Shown: positions 30,631 to 40,250 of the stretch, piece after piece
Numbering within the stretch: the stretch's first letter is position 1
How the letters are laid out: each line of letters begins with the position of its first letter
From: a bacterium
GTDB lineage: Bacteria; Hydrothermota; Tepidihabitantia; Tepidihabitantales; Tepidihabitantaceae
DNA: 64,000 nt
Reading direction: 5' to 3'
NCBI GenBank assembly: GCA_039793395.1
Contig: JBAMLV010000018.1
Coordinates: 208,038 to 272,037 of the forward strand
Program-made: the position numbers and the translations under genes
Notes under the pieces: generated by a model
Seen by the model: the letters and a program-made list of their open reading frames with translations, nothing else
Database searches by the model: none
What the model was told of the DNA's origin: nothing

Positions 30631-31881
30631 TTACTGCGCCTTACGGGCAGAAAGCCGTCCGGAAACATATTCAGGCGGCTTTTGCTGAGTGATTACTTCG
30701 GGAGTGATGATACATTCAGTTACATCAGTTCTGGTGGGCAGTTCAAACATTATATCCAGCATAATCGCTTCCAGTACCGCGCGCAAGCCCCGGGCGCCGG
30801 TGCGCAGTTGCAGCGCCCGGTCCGCAACCGCCGTTAATGCCTGAGGGGTGAAGGTAAGCTTAACTCCCTCCATTTCAAAATAATACGAATACTGCTTGAT
30901 AAGTGCGTTACGGGGTTTAGTAAGAATGTCCACCAGCGCATCACGCGAAAGGTGGTGCAGGGTCGCGATGACCGGTAGTCGGCCGACAAATTCCGGTATC
31001 ATTCCGAATTTAATCAGGTCATCGGGTTGAACCAGCCGGAGCAGGTCATCGGCACTTTCAATCCGGGATTTGCCAAGGTCGGCGCCAAACCCGAGCGTGC
31101 CGGTGCGGATGCGGCTTTCAATGATCTTATCCAAACCGTCAAATGTTCCCCCGCAGATAAAAAGGATATTGCGGGTATTTATGGGGATAAACTGCTGTTC
31201 GGGATGTTTTCTGCCGCCTTGGGGCGGGACATTGGCAATGGTGCCTTCAAGAATCTTTAGCAGTGCCTGCTGGACCCCTTCGCCGGATACATCCCTGGTG
31301 ATTGACGGCGATTCGGATTTCCTTCCGATTTTATCAATTTCATCAATATAAACAATGCCGATTTCTGCCAGCCGAATGTTACCGTTGGCAGCCTGAAGCA
31401 GGCGCAGGAGAATGTTTTCCACATCTTCTCCGACATAACCGGCTTCGGTGAGAGGTGTGGCATCCGAAATGGAGAACGGCACTTTAAGAAACCGGGCGAG
31501 GGTTTCAGCAATCAGGGTTTTGCCGACACCGGTCGGTCCGATCAGTAAAATGTTGCTTTTGTCCAGTGGCGGCGCGTTCCGCGGGGCAGTAATGCGTTTA
31601 TAATGGTTGTAAACCGCGACTGATATTACCTTTTTTGCGTATTCCTGTCCGACTACAAATTCATCAAGATATGCTTTGATTTCCGCTGGCCGGGGAATTT
31701 CACGGATGTTTTCAATTACCTGGTCCTGCTCTTCAAACAGCGAGAGTGCGAACCGGGCGCACTGACGACAGATGGCGCCGTTTCTTCCCCGTACTAGGCG
31801 GTGAGACACAGTTTCCGGTGTTCCGCAGAAGGAGCAGGTAATCGCCGGTCTGGTTTTAGGGTGTTCGCGCCGGGAACTCAT
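30631..31881 (-). CDS. clpX: ATP-dependent Clp protease ATP-binding subunit ClpX
   Basis: N-terminal zinc finger (CSFCG..CRQC), Walker A GPTGVGKT, Walker [10 protein letters not shown]. Confidence 0.97.
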   Translation of the reverse strand: MSSRREHPKTRPAITCSFCGTPETVSHRLVRGRNGAICRQCARFALSLFEEQDQVIENIREIPRPAEIKAYLDEFVVGQEYAKKVISVAVYNHYKRITAPRNAPPLDKSNILLIGPTGVGKTLIAETLARFLKVPFSISDATPLTEAGYVGEDVENILLRLLQAANGNIRLAEIGIVYIDEIDKIGRKSESPSITRDVSGEGVQQALLKILEGTIANVPPQGGRKHPEQQFIPINTRNILFICGGTFDGLDKIIESRIRTGTLGFGADLGKSRIESADDLLRLVQPDDLIKFGMIPEFVGRLPVIATLHHLSRDALVDILTKPRNALIKQYSYYFEMEGVKLTFTPQALTAVADRALQLRTGARGLRAVLEAIMLDIMFELPTRTDVTECIITPEVITQQKPPEYVSGRLSARKAQ

Positions 31882-32504
31882 TTCCTTTTTTCAATCACCT
31901 CATCAATTAAACCGTATTGTTTGGCTTCCTGGGCGGACATAAAATAATTGCGGTCTGTGTCCTTAAGGATTTTTTCTATCGGCTGACCGGTGTGCTTGGC
32001 AAGAATTTCAGCAAGCAGTTCCTTGGCACGGACCAGCTCGCGGGCGTGAATTTCAATGTCAGTCGCCTGCCCGCTGAGCCCGTAGGCTGCCGGTTGATGA
32101 ATCATCATCCGGGAACGGGGAAGGGCGAATCTTTTTCCTTTCTCACCGGCGGCGAGCAGGAGAGCAGCAATTGAAGCGGCTTCACCAACGCAGATGGTAG
32201 AAACTTTGGGACGGATATACTGCATGGTATCGTAAATTGCCAGCCCGGAGGATACGACACCACCCGGGGAATTTATGTAGAGATAGATGTCCTTTTCCGG
32301 ATCTTCCGCTTCCAGATAGAGCAGTTGAGCAACAACCAGGTTGGCAACGGTGTCGTCTACCGGCTGTCCGAGGAAAATAATCCGTTCTTTAAGTAGCCGG
32401 GAATAAATATCATAGGCGCGCTCTCCCCGGCCGGTCTGTTCAATAACCATTGGAATTAACACTGGTGCCTCCTCTGATTCCTGATTTCTTATTTTGTCGT
32501 TCAT
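31878..32504 (-). CDS. clpP: ATP-dependent Clp protease proteolytic subunit
   Basis: 208 aa. Catalytic Ser context ([14 protein letters not shown]) and His (MIHQP). Confidence 0.97.
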   Translation of the reverse strand: MNDKIRNQESEEAPVLIPMVIEQTGRGERAYDIYSRLLKERIIFLGQPVDDTVANLVVAQLLYLEAEDPEKDIYLYINSPGGVVSSGLAIYDTMQYIRPKVSTICVGEAASIAALLLAAGEKGKRFALPRSRMMIHQPAAYGLSGQATDIEIHARELVRAKELLAEILAKHTGQPIEKILKDTDRNYFMSAQEAKQYGLIDEVIEKRK

Positions 32505-32507
32505 CTT

Positions 32508-33743
32508 TTATTTAGACTCGTCAGTGGATGGGCTGATTTCTGCCCGATTGATCAGCAACTGGAATACTTTATTCTGCAGAATATAAAAACGATAGGATGA
32601 ATTATCGAGCAGCGACGCAATATCTTCCGCTTTGCGGCCCGTGGTCTGAGCAATGGTTTGAATTTGAGTTTCAATTTCTTCATCTGTGACCGTGATTTTT
32701 TCCTGCTGAGCAATACGCAGGACGATGCAGTCAAAGCGTGCCGATTTTACCGCCACAGGCAAGAGTTTATCCCGGTTTTCAGGAGTATCAGGGAGATTTA
32801 GTTCGCGCAGCAGCCGGTTAATGTGCGACTGGACCCAGGACGCCGGCGGTTCGAACTGGTAACGGGCAGTTAACTGGTCAACAATCTGAGTGTGTAGTTC
32901 TTCCTTTACCTGCTCTTCCCGGTCTGCCAGAATTTCATCATTGAGCGCGCGGCGCAGGGCATCAAGGTTTTCATATCCTAGGTCCTGTGCGAACTCTTCG
33001 TTGAGTTCGGGCAGGATTTTTTCACGCACTGCCCGAATGGTTAGATGGTAGGTGATGGTCCGACCAGCAAGATTTTTGTCCGGATGATCGGCGGGGAAGG
33101 TGATTTCTGCTGATCGTTCATCACCGGGGTGGACATTCAGCAGTGCCTGATTGATGCTGGGGTGGTTTGCTTCGTCTCCTAACTGAATCGTAATGTTAGA
33201 GTTAGGTCCGGCGACGACCCGGTCATTTTCTCTGAGAATGTAATCCACTACTACATAGTCGCCGGGTGCTGCCGGCCGCGAGACCGGTTGAAAGACAGCA
33301 CATCGTTCTCGGAGGGCAGCGATTCTTTTCTCAAATTCGGCATCAAAGCCGGTCGGCTTCGGACGCCGGAGTGTGAGTTGGGTATAATCCTTGAGTTCAA
33401 ATTCAGGAATAACCTCAGCTGATGCTTTGACCCGAATGGCTTTCTCCGGTGTAATTTCCAGGTCGTCAATTTTTAATCGGGATGCCGGTTTGATACCGTT
33501 CTTTTCCATTGCCTCGGTCAGTGCCTGTTCCACCAGTTCTTCAGCGGCGGTGGATTCCAGGGCGCTTCCCAGTCTCCGTTCCAGAATATATTTGGGAACC
33601 TTGCCCGGACGGAAACCCGGAATTTTCGCCTTGTCTTTATATTCTTCAAGCAAAGATTCAATTTTTGATTTCAACTGTTCGGGTTCAAACTCAATTTCAA
33701 TTTCTCGCAACCATTCTTTTGGTGATTTTACTCTAATTTCCAA
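32508..33743 (-). CDS. tig: trigger factor
   Basis: Trigger factor domain order, with the ribosome-binding signature GFRPGKVP near the N-terminus. Start reassigned to TTG 33743 (SD AAGGAG 5 nt upstream), because the track ATG at 33791 overlaps tRNA-Leu. Confidence 0.9.
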   Translation of the reverse strand: MEIRVKSPKEWLREIEIEFEPEQLKSKIESLLEEYKDKAKIPGFRPGKVPKYILERRLGSALESTAAEELVEQALTEAMEKNGIKPASRLKIDDLEITPEKAIRVKASAEVIPEFELKDYTQLTLRRPKPTGFDAEFEKRIAALRERCAVFQPVSRPAAPGDYVVVDYILRENDRVVAGPNSNITIQLGDEANHPSINQALLNVHPGDERSAEITFPADHPDKNLAGRTITYHLTIRAVREKILPELNEEFAQDLGYENLDALRRALNDEILADREEQVKEELHTQIVDQLTARYQFEPPASWVQSHINRLLRELNLPDTPENRDKLLPVAVKSARFDCIVLRIAQQEKITVTDEEIETQIQTIAQTTGRKAEDIASLLDNSSYRFYILQNKVFQLLINRAEISPSTDESK

Positions 33744-33764
33744 AAACGCTCCTTTTACTTTTGC

Positions 33765-33847
33765 TGCGAGGAGGGGGAGTTGAACCCCCATCCCTTTCGG
33801 GACCAGATCCTAAGTCTGGCGCGTCTGCCCAGTTCCGCCATCCTCGC
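33765..33847 (-). tRNA. tRNA-Leu (anticodon UAG), class II with long variable arm
   Basis: Reverse complement is GCGAGGATGGCGGAACTGGGCAGACGCGCCAGACTTAGGATCTGGTCCCGAAAGGGATGGGGGTTCAACTCCCCCTCCTCGCA. It folds as a cloverleaf with a 13 nt variable arm. Confidence 0.93.
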
Positions 33848-33871
33848 ATCGGACCGATATTAAGTTCTTTG

Positions 33872-33899
33872 ATTTTAAGCGCTGATAGGCAAAAGTCAA
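33872..33899 (-). promoter_or_regulatory. sigma70-type promoter TTGACT-N16-TAAAAT for tRNA-Leu-tig-clpP-clpX
   Basis: Minus strand: -35 at 33899-33894, -10 at 33877-33872, 24 nt upstream of the tRNA 5' end. Confidence 0.55.
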
Positions 33900-33942
33900 G
33901 GAAACTTCCTGGAGATCACAAAAAAATCACCAATTTTACATA

Positions 33943-33970
33943 TTGACTTAAATACAATTTGTCATATTAT
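33943..33970 (+). promoter_or_regulatory. sigma70-type promoter TTGACT-N16-TATTAT; predicts a leaderless mRNA for the PKD lipoprotein gene
   Basis: -35 at 33943-33948, -10 at 33965-33970. ATG 33977 begins 7 nt after the -10 and has no SD. Confidence 0.55.
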
Positions 33971-33976
33971 AAATTA

Positions 33977-34636
33977 ATGAATTATCGTGTACCGCGGCTA
34001 CTGACTGCATCCTTTTTATTAATGATGACACTTCCCGGTTGCACAAATCAGTCCCCATCGGTTCCGGTTCTTCTCGGACCACAACGGTGCCGGCCCAATG
34101 ATACGGTGACTTTTTCGGTAATTTCGGTGGACAAAGAGGGAGATTCCGTCGCTTATCTTTTTGAATGTAATCAACAGTTGGTGACTGGGTGGACACAGTG
34201 GTTTCCAGCCGGAATCGAGGTTTATCAGCGATTTTCCTTTGGAGATACCGGAAGTTACATTCTGCGCGCTAAAGCAAAAGACCCCCACCGTGAGTCGAAC
34301 TGGTCGGACGAATTTCCGGTATTGGTCCGGTGGTATCTGCCCTCAACACCGCGTCGACCGGTAGGTCCGGATTCCGCGGTGGTAGGCGATACGGTTACAT
34401 TTCATACTTCTGCTTTGCATCCGCTTAATGAGTTGGTGGCGTTTCAGTTTTGGTGGGGTGATACCACCGGGGACTGGAGCGGTTTTGTGCTGCCCGGAAC
34501 AATAGTTATGATCAGTCACGTTTTTGATTCAATTGGAATTTTTGAGGTGCGTTGCCGGGCAAAGGATAAGGAGGGGTATGTTTCCGGATGGTCTGTTCCG
34601 GAAACGGTTTTTGTTTATAGCCGCCGTTGTCCTTAA
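33977..34636 (+). CDS. lipoprotein with two tandem PKD-like domains
   Basis: MNYRVPRLLTASFLLMMTLPGC lipobox. Two ~95 aa repeats each carry VTF..(W/F)GD..G..S and end in R(A/C)KAKD..(E/G)..S.WS. Confidence 0.7.
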   Translation: MNYRVPRLLTASFLLMMTLPGCTNQSPSVPVLLGPQRCRPNDTVTFSVISVDKEGDSVAYLFECNQQLVTGWTQWFPAGIEVYQRFSFGDTGSYILRAKAKDPHRESNWSDEFPVLVRWYLPSTPRRPVGPDSAVVGDTVTFHTSALHPLNELVAFQFWWGDTTGDWSGFVLPGTIVMISHVFDSIGIFEVRCRAKDKEGYVSGWSVPETVFVYSRRCP

Positions 34637-34659
34637 GTAAAGAAAGGAGTAGTTAATAA

Positions 34660-37600
34660 ATGCACAGACTACTGCTGGTTTTAATGTCTGCCGGTATTAT
34701 ATTTGCTGCTGAACCGCTTAGGGAGATGAAAGTCCGGGTATACTGTTCCCGGAGTCAATTAAGTTCAGTAGCTCCGGAAGTGCTGGAGTTTTATGAGCTC
34801 ACAGACGAATACTTTGTCGGTGCGGTGAATGAAAATACCTGCGAGAAACTGATGGGAGCTGGATTTAAGGTTGAAGTTCTGATTCCTGATATGCGGGCCG
34901 AGGCGATAAGACAGTGTCCGGGTGAGGATTTCGGCCGATACCATTCCTATCAGGAAATTATGGACACCTTCGCCCTGATTGCCACTACCTACCCGAATAT
35001 CTGCCATCTTGATACCATTGCAGTTTCGCCGACCGGCAAATATGTAATTGCCCTGAAAATCACTCAGGACCCAAATCAGGAGCACCACCGCCCAAGGCTG
35101 GAATGGGATGGCACTACCCACGGCAACGAGAATATCGGCACCGAGATTTGCCTGTATATTGTCCGTCAGCTGACTGGAAATTACGGCAGCGACCCCTTAA
35201 TTACCTATCTGGTTAACACCCGGGAAATCTGGGTTATTCCCTGCGTTAATCCAGAAGGGTTGATAAACCGGACCCGGGGAAATTCCCGCGGCATTGACCT
35301 GAACCGGGATTATGGGTATGCCTGGAATGAAGAGTCCGGTGATAGTGTGCCCTGGAGCCAGCCAGAAATTCAGGGACTGAGAGATTTTTTTACCCGCCAT
35401 CCATTTGTAATGAGTATGACCTATCACAGTGGTACTATTGCCGTAATGTGGCCCTGGAGTTATTCAAGGATTGCTACTTATGACAGTGTTGCCCATGCGC
35501 AGTGGTGCCAGCAGTATGGTAGCATCACCGGTTATCCGGCCTATCAGATTTCCCGAGGACTTTACGAATGTCAGGGAACATCCTCCGATTTTTACTACGG
35601 TGCCGAAGGGACGCTCGGTTTTGCTGCCGAAGTTTCCTCTGGTCAGCCTCCACCCCAGAATCAGATTGACACGATCTGCCGGGTGAACTGGAATGCCAGC
35701 AGGCAGTGGCTGATCAGGGGTGGTTACGGTATCAGGGGTTCAGTTATTGATTCGGTTACCGGTCAGCCGGTGAAAAGGGCGATGGTTATTTCTGACCCGA
35801 CCAACTGGATGGTTTATACCGACACTTGCGGGTGGTTTTTTAAGTATGTTTTGCCCGGAACTTATACCCTGAGGGTGAGAGCGGACGGGTATCAGCCGAA
35901 GACTATCACCGGTATAACGGTGCCGAACGATACTTTTGTAGTTCTGAATATTACACTGGTTCCGGATTCAACTGCACCAATTACCGGCTACCGATTGACC
36001 ACCTGGGTATGCAAAGACCCGACTCAAGCCGGTAATACGATGGGGTTGTTTGCACTTGGCAGACGGGATTCCCGGGCGCTGACTCTGACCAATCGCGGGA
36101 TGGTGGTGATTGAACTGAGTGCAGCGGTGATTGACGGTCCGGGAACTGATTTTACTGTCTATTCCACCACCAGCAAACCCTGTTCTGTTTTTGTTTCCCG
36201 GGACTGGAATGGACCGTGGAGTTTCTGTGCCTTTGGGACTGGTAACATCGCCTGCGACCTTTCCAGTGCCGGAATTACGGTCGCCTATTTTGTGCGCTTG
36301 AATGACGGGGGACAGAGTTATGACCTGGATGCGATTGAAGGTACAGTGGTTAATTCACCGGCGCTGGTCTATCAGAATCACACGGTTGTTGATTCGCCAC
36401 CTGGGGGAAACGGGGATGGGAGGCTCGATCCAGGAGAAACTGCCGGGTTGATATTCTATCTGCGGAATGTCGGACGAATTAGCGCCAGTAATATCACCGG
36501 CACATTGCGCACTGCTGATGTTTACCTTACAATCACCGATTCCATTGGCTTTTTTGGTAATATTTTGCCGGATTCGGTTAGGATAAACTTCACCGACCCT
36601 TTTACCATAACGGCGGCACCAGAGACACCAAGGGAGCATACAGCCCCAATTCGGCTTTATCTTGCTGGTGACAATTATAATGACAGCCTGCTCTTAAGCC
36701 TGAGGATCGGGGAGTTGCGGGTGACCGACCCGATTCCGGACAATTCCGAGCCGATACTTTATTACGCCTATGATGAGGTTGATACATTTTACTCTGAACA
36801 TCCACAGTTTCAATGGGTGGAAATCAGAAACCAGGGCGCCAGACTCACCCTGAGTGATGACCAGACAGTACAACTCACCCTACCGTCGACATTTGGACCG
36901 TTTGTCTATTATGGACAGCGTTACAATCAGGTTTCGGTCTGCTCCAATGGCTGGGTTGCCCCCGGCTACACCACCGTTACCACCTGGAGCAATACCAGCC
37001 TGCCCAACTCCACTATGCCGCCGCTATTGGCTGCAAACTGGGACGACCTTTATCCACCGACCGGCAACGGTGTCTGGTATTATCACGACACCACCAATCA
37101 CCGGTTCATCATTGAATGGGACTCAGTCCACTATTTCAACCCGCGCGCACAGTGGGACAAGTTTGAGATTATCCTCTACGACACCACCCTTGCGGCCCCA
37201 GATGGTAATTCCAAATTTATTATTCAATATCTTACGGCAAATCAACCGGGCGATTCGGCAACGGTAGGTATTCAGGACCACACCCGGTCCAAGTTCATTC
37301 AGGTGTTATATAACGGCTCCTATCATCGAGCGGCTTCTTTTTGGATTCCTGGTCACGCCATTAAGTTTTCAACCGTTTACCAGACCGGGGTTGCAGAAAT
37401 GGAGACCAGGACCGGAATACGAAAACCGATAGTCAATCGGCTGACCAACCCGGTAAGAAAGCAGGTTAATATCCATTGCACCCTGCCGAATCCGGGTTTG
37501 GTTACAGTCAGCATCTTTGACCGGTGTGGCAGATTGGTTAAGCGGTCGGAACTGGGTAACAGACCGGCGGGGATTAATAGCCTGAGTTTGCCGCTTACCG

Positions 37601-37695
37601 ACCGTCAGGGGAGGTTGCTCAACACCGGGGTCTATTGGGTTAAATTAACCACCGAATTCGGTTCAACCACCGGTAAGATTACTGTGGCCAAGTGA
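34660..37695 (+). CDS. secreted M14 zinc carboxypeptidase with carboxypeptidase-regulatory-like domain, large middle region and T9SS-type C-terminal sorting domain
   Basis: 1011 aa. Signal peptide, M14 HxxE (THGNENIG), NRDYGYAW, and an Ig-like CarboxypepD_reg segment (GIRGSVIDSVTGQPV..YTLRVRADGYQP). The last ~80 aa (VTVSIFDRCGRLV...GVYWVKL) match the T9SS type A CTD pattern. Confidence 0.82.
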   Translation: MHRLLLVLMSAGIIFAAEPLREMKVRVYCSRSQLSSVAPEVLEFYELTDEYFVGAVNENTCEKLMGAGFKVEVLIPDMRAEAIRQCPGEDFGRYHSYQEIMDTFALIATTYPNICHLDTIAVSPTGKYVIALKITQDPNQEHHRPRLEWDGTTHGNENIGTEICLYIVRQLTGNYGSDPLITYLVNTREIWVIPCVNPEGLINRTRGNSRGIDLNRDYGYAWNEESGDSVPWSQPEIQGLRDFFTRHPFVMSMTYHSGTIAVMWPWSYSRIATYDSVAHAQWCQQYGSITGYPAYQISRGLYECQGTSSDFYYGAEGTLGFAAEVSSGQPPPQNQIDTICRVNWNASRQWLIRGGYGIRGSVIDSVTGQPVKRAMVISDPTNWMVYTDTCGWFFKYVLPGTYTLRVRADGYQPKTITGITVPNDTFVVLNITLVPDSTAPITGYRLTTWVCKDPTQAGNTMGLFALGRRDSRALTLTNRGMVVIELSAAVIDGPGTDFTVYSTTSKPCSVFVSRDWNGPWSFCAFGTGNIACDLSSAGITVAYFVRLNDGGQSYDLDAIEGTVVNSPALVYQNHTVVDSPPGGNGDGRLDPGETAGLIFYLRNVGRISASNITGTLRTADVYLTITDSIGFFGNILPDSVRINFTDPFTITAAPETPREHTAPIRLYLAGDNYNDSLLLSLRIGELRVTDPIPDNSEPILYYAYDEVDTFYSEHPQFQWVEIRNQGARLTLSDDQTVQLTLPSTFGPFVYYGQRYNQVSVCSNGWVAPGYTTVTTWSNTSLPNSTMPPLLAANWDDLYPPTGNGVWYYHDTTNHRFIIEWDSVHYFNPRAQWDKFEIILYDTTLAAPDGNSKFIIQYLTANQPGDSATVGIQDHTRSKFIQVLYNGSYHRAASFWIPGHAIKFSTVYQTGVAEMETRTGIRKPIVNRLTNPVRKQVNIHCTLPNPGLVTVSIFDRCGRLVKRSELGNRPAGINSLSLPLTDRQGRLLNTGVYWVKLTTEFGSTTGKITVAK

Positions 37696-37699
37696 AACT

Positions 37700-38176
37700 A
37701 TGCCGGTAAAAAAGAGGGGCAAACGTAAGAGCTGGGATGAGTATTTTCTCTCGATCGCCCGGCTGGTCGCTGAACGTTCCACCTGTCTGCGGCGTAAGGT
37801 GGGGGCGGTGTTGGTTAGGGAAAAGCGGATTCTCTGCACCGGTTATAACGGTGCGCCCCATGGACTTCCCCATTGTGCCGAGGTCGGCTGTCTGCGGGAA
37901 AAGCTGCATATTCCAGCCGGCGAGCGGATTGAAATCTGCCGGGGAATCCATGCCGAGCAAAATACACTGGTTCAGGCCGCCACTTTCGGCATACCGGTTT
38001 ACGGGGCAACGCTTTACTGCACCCATGCTCCATGTGTTACCTGTGCCAAGATGCTGATAAATGCCGGAGTGCGGGAATTTGTCATCGCTGATAACTATCC
38101 GGATGAGTTTGCCCGCCAGCTGCTTAACTCGGCACGGGTGAAGGTGCGGCTGGTTAAACTGCCGGTTGAGGAATAA
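37700..38176 (+). CDS. deoxycytidylate (dCMP) deaminase
   Basis: 158 aa. Zinc motifs HAEQN and PCVTCAKML, ComEB/dCMP deaminase size. Confidence 0.88.
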   Translation: MPVKKRGKRKSWDEYFLSIARLVAERSTCLRRKVGAVLVREKRILCTGYNGAPHGLPHCAEVGCLREKLHIPAGERIEICRGIHAEQNTLVQAATFGIPVYGATLYCTHAPCVTCAKMLINAGVREFVIADNYPDEFARQLLNSARVKVRLVKLPVEE

Positions 38177-38178
38177 AT

Positions 38179-38206
38179 TTGACCATTGCTGATTGGGGGG
38201 TATATT
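38179..38206 (+). promoter_or_regulatory. sigma70-type promoter TTGACC-N16-TATATT for ptsH operon
   Basis: -35 at 38179-38184, -10 at 38201-38206. ATG 38219 lies 12 nt after the -10 with no SD. Confidence 0.45.
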
Positions 38207-38218
38207 TAGCCACCACTG

Positions 38219-38479
38219 ATGATTAGAGAAGAAATCACAATTGGTGGACCGGTCGGGCTTCATGCCCGGCCGGCGGCAGAATTTGTTAAACTGGCCGAGC
38301 GCTTTAAATCTCGGGTTCGGCTGGCAAAGGATGGAGTCTGGGTGAATGGTAAGAGTATTCTGGCAATTCTCACTCTGGCGGCTGAAAAAGGTAGTCTGGT
38401 AACACTGGAGGTGAGTGGCGAAGATGAGGCTGAGGCTTTTCAGGTTCTGAAGCAGAAGTTGACCCGGGATGAAACTTAA
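38219..38479 (+). CDS. ptsH: phosphocarrier protein HPr
   Basis: 86 aa. Active-site His in GLHARPA and a Ser46-like site in NGKSIL. Confidence 0.9.
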   Translation: MIREEITIGGPVGLHARPAAEFVKLAERFKSRVRLAKDGVWVNGKSILAILTLAAEKGSLVTLEVSGEDEAEAFQVLKQKLTRDET

Positions 38480-40250
38480 AAAGGAAAAGATTTTCCGCGG
38501 GATTCCGGTTTCGTCGGGTTTTGCCCAGGGGCCGGTGTTTGTTTATCAGCCTTACCTGCCAGAAGTGAAGGAGCAGATTTTGAAGCCCGCAGAGGCAGAG
38601 CCGGAGGTGAAACGGTTTTACAATGCGGTCCGGACGGTTGAGGAGGAACTGCGTCGACTGCATAATCAGGTTAAAAAAGAAATGGGCCGGGATTTTGCGG
38701 AATTCATTGATGTGCAGCTGGCGCTGTTGACCGATGAGGAGGTATTGAGCAGAACCGAACGGTTTATCCGGGAGCAGCTCCGGAATGCCGAGTTTGCCTA
38801 TAGTCAGACATTGAAACAGTTGACAGTTTCAGTGAAAGGGGCACAGTTACCCTTTTTCCGGGAGCGGTTCGCAGATATGACTGATGTTTCGGCGCGGGTG
38901 CTTGGTGTGCTGCTGGGGGATAATCTGCCGTCAATTTTTGCCGTGAATCCGGGCTCGGTGCTGGTTGCCCACGAGTTGCCGCCGTCGGAAGCGGCGTTAC
39001 TGGATCCGGAGCGGGTGGCGGGTGTGGTGCTTGAGGCAGGAGGCAAGACCTCGCATACGGCGATAATAGCCAAAGCCAAGGAGATTCCAGCGGTATTCGG
39101 GGTGGGGGCAATTCTGAAACAGGTGGATACAACAGATTTGATACTGGTGGACGGATATCGCGGACTGGCAATCAGCAACCCGACGAGCAACCGGCTGCGC
39201 ACTTATGAGGCGGAAATCAGGCGCCATCAGCGGCGCCGGCAGTCTTTGAAGGCGCTGGTGGAGGAGGAGCCGGTGACGCTTGACGGCAAGATGATTGACC
39301 TTTCCGCCAATGTTGAGTTTCTGATTGAGGCGCGGATTGCCAGGGAAAACGGTGCCCGGGGTATCGGTCTGTTTCGCACCGAGTATCTGTATTTAGCGCG
39401 GCGGCGTCCGCCGACCGAAGAGGAGCAGTATGAAATTTTCTTAGAGGTTGCCAAGCTGTTCAAGCCATTTCCGGTAATTATCCGGACCTTTGACCTCGGA
39501 GGTGACAAGGTAATTCCTGGCTATACTGAGGCAAATCCGTTTCTCGGCTGGCGAGCAATTCGGTTCTGTCTTGATGATGTGGTGCTGTTCAAAAACCAGT
39601 TGCGGGCAATTCTCCGAGCATCGGCAGCCGGTAATGTCAAAATAATGTTTCCAATGGTGGCAACGATTGAAGAGCTGCGCCGGGCAAAACTCCTGGTGGA
39701 AGAGGTGAAGAAGGAGTTAAGGCAAGAGAACAAGCCGTTTGACGAAAACATTGAGGTGGGGGTGATGGTAGAGACACCATCAGCGGCAATTATGGCACGA
39801 CAGTTTGCCCGGGAGAGCCGGTTCCTGTCAATCGGCTCCAATGATTTGACTCAATATACGCTGGCGGTGGACCGGGGCAATGAGCGGGTGGCAAGACTGT
39901 TTGACCATTTTCATCCGGCGGTGCTGCGGCTGATTAAAAATACGATTGATGCGGCTCATGAGCAGGGAATCTGGGTCGGGATGTGCGGCGAGTTCGGTGC
40001 CGACCCGCTGGGGGTGGTGCTGCTGGTGGGGATGGAGGTGGATGAGATATCGGTGGTTCCCGGACTGTTACCTGAGACCAAGCAGGTTATCCGTTCAATT
40101 GATACCACCGGTGCGGCTGAGGTTGCCGCCCAGGCACTTAACCTGTCAACGGCACTGGAGGTTGAGCGACTGCTGGCGCGGGAACTGCAGCGCCGTTTTC
40201 CCAGGCTTGCCCGTGCACTTTTTACAGTGAAGGGAGCCGGTGGTGAATGA
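38469..40250 (+). CDS. ptsI: phosphoenolpyruvate-protein phosphotransferase (Enzyme I)
   Basis: 593 aa. Phosphohistidine motif GGKTSHTAIIAKA, PEP-utilising C-terminal TIM barrel (GIGLFRTEYLY, SIGSNDLTQY). Confidence 0.95.
   Translation: MKLKKEKIFRGIPVSSGFAQGPVFVYQPYLPEVKEQILKPAEAEPEVKRFYNAVRTVEEELRRLHNQVKKEMGRDFAEFIDVQLALLTDEEVLSRTERFIREQLRNAEFAYSQTLKQLTVSVKGAQLPFFRERFADMTDVSARVLGVLLGDNLPSIFAVNPGSVLVAHELPPSEAALLDPERVAGVVLEAGGKTSHTAIIAKAKEIPAVFGVGAILKQVDTTDLILVDGYRGLAISNPTSNRLRTYEAEIRRHQRRRQSLKALVEEEPVTLDGKMIDLSANVEFLIEARIARENGARGIGLFRTEYLYLARRRPPTEEEQYEIFLEVAKLFKPFPVIIRTFDLGGDKVIPGYTEANPFLGWRAIRFCLDDVVLFKNQLRAILRASAAGNVKIMFPMVATIEELRRAKLLVEEVKKELRQENKPFDENIEVGVMVETPSAAIMARQFARESRFLSIGSNDLTQYTLAVDRGNERVARLFDHFHPAVLRLIKNTIDAAHEQGIWVGMCGEFGADPLGVVLLVGMEVDEISVVPGLLPETKQVIRSIDTTGAAEVAAQALNLSTALEVERLLARELQRRFPRLARALFTVKGAGGE

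Noticed and set aside
33744-33791. ATG 33791 as the trigger factor start.
   Set aside because: It would run through tRNA-Leu (33765-33847). TTG 33743 with an AAGGAG SD gives a normal Tig N-terminus.
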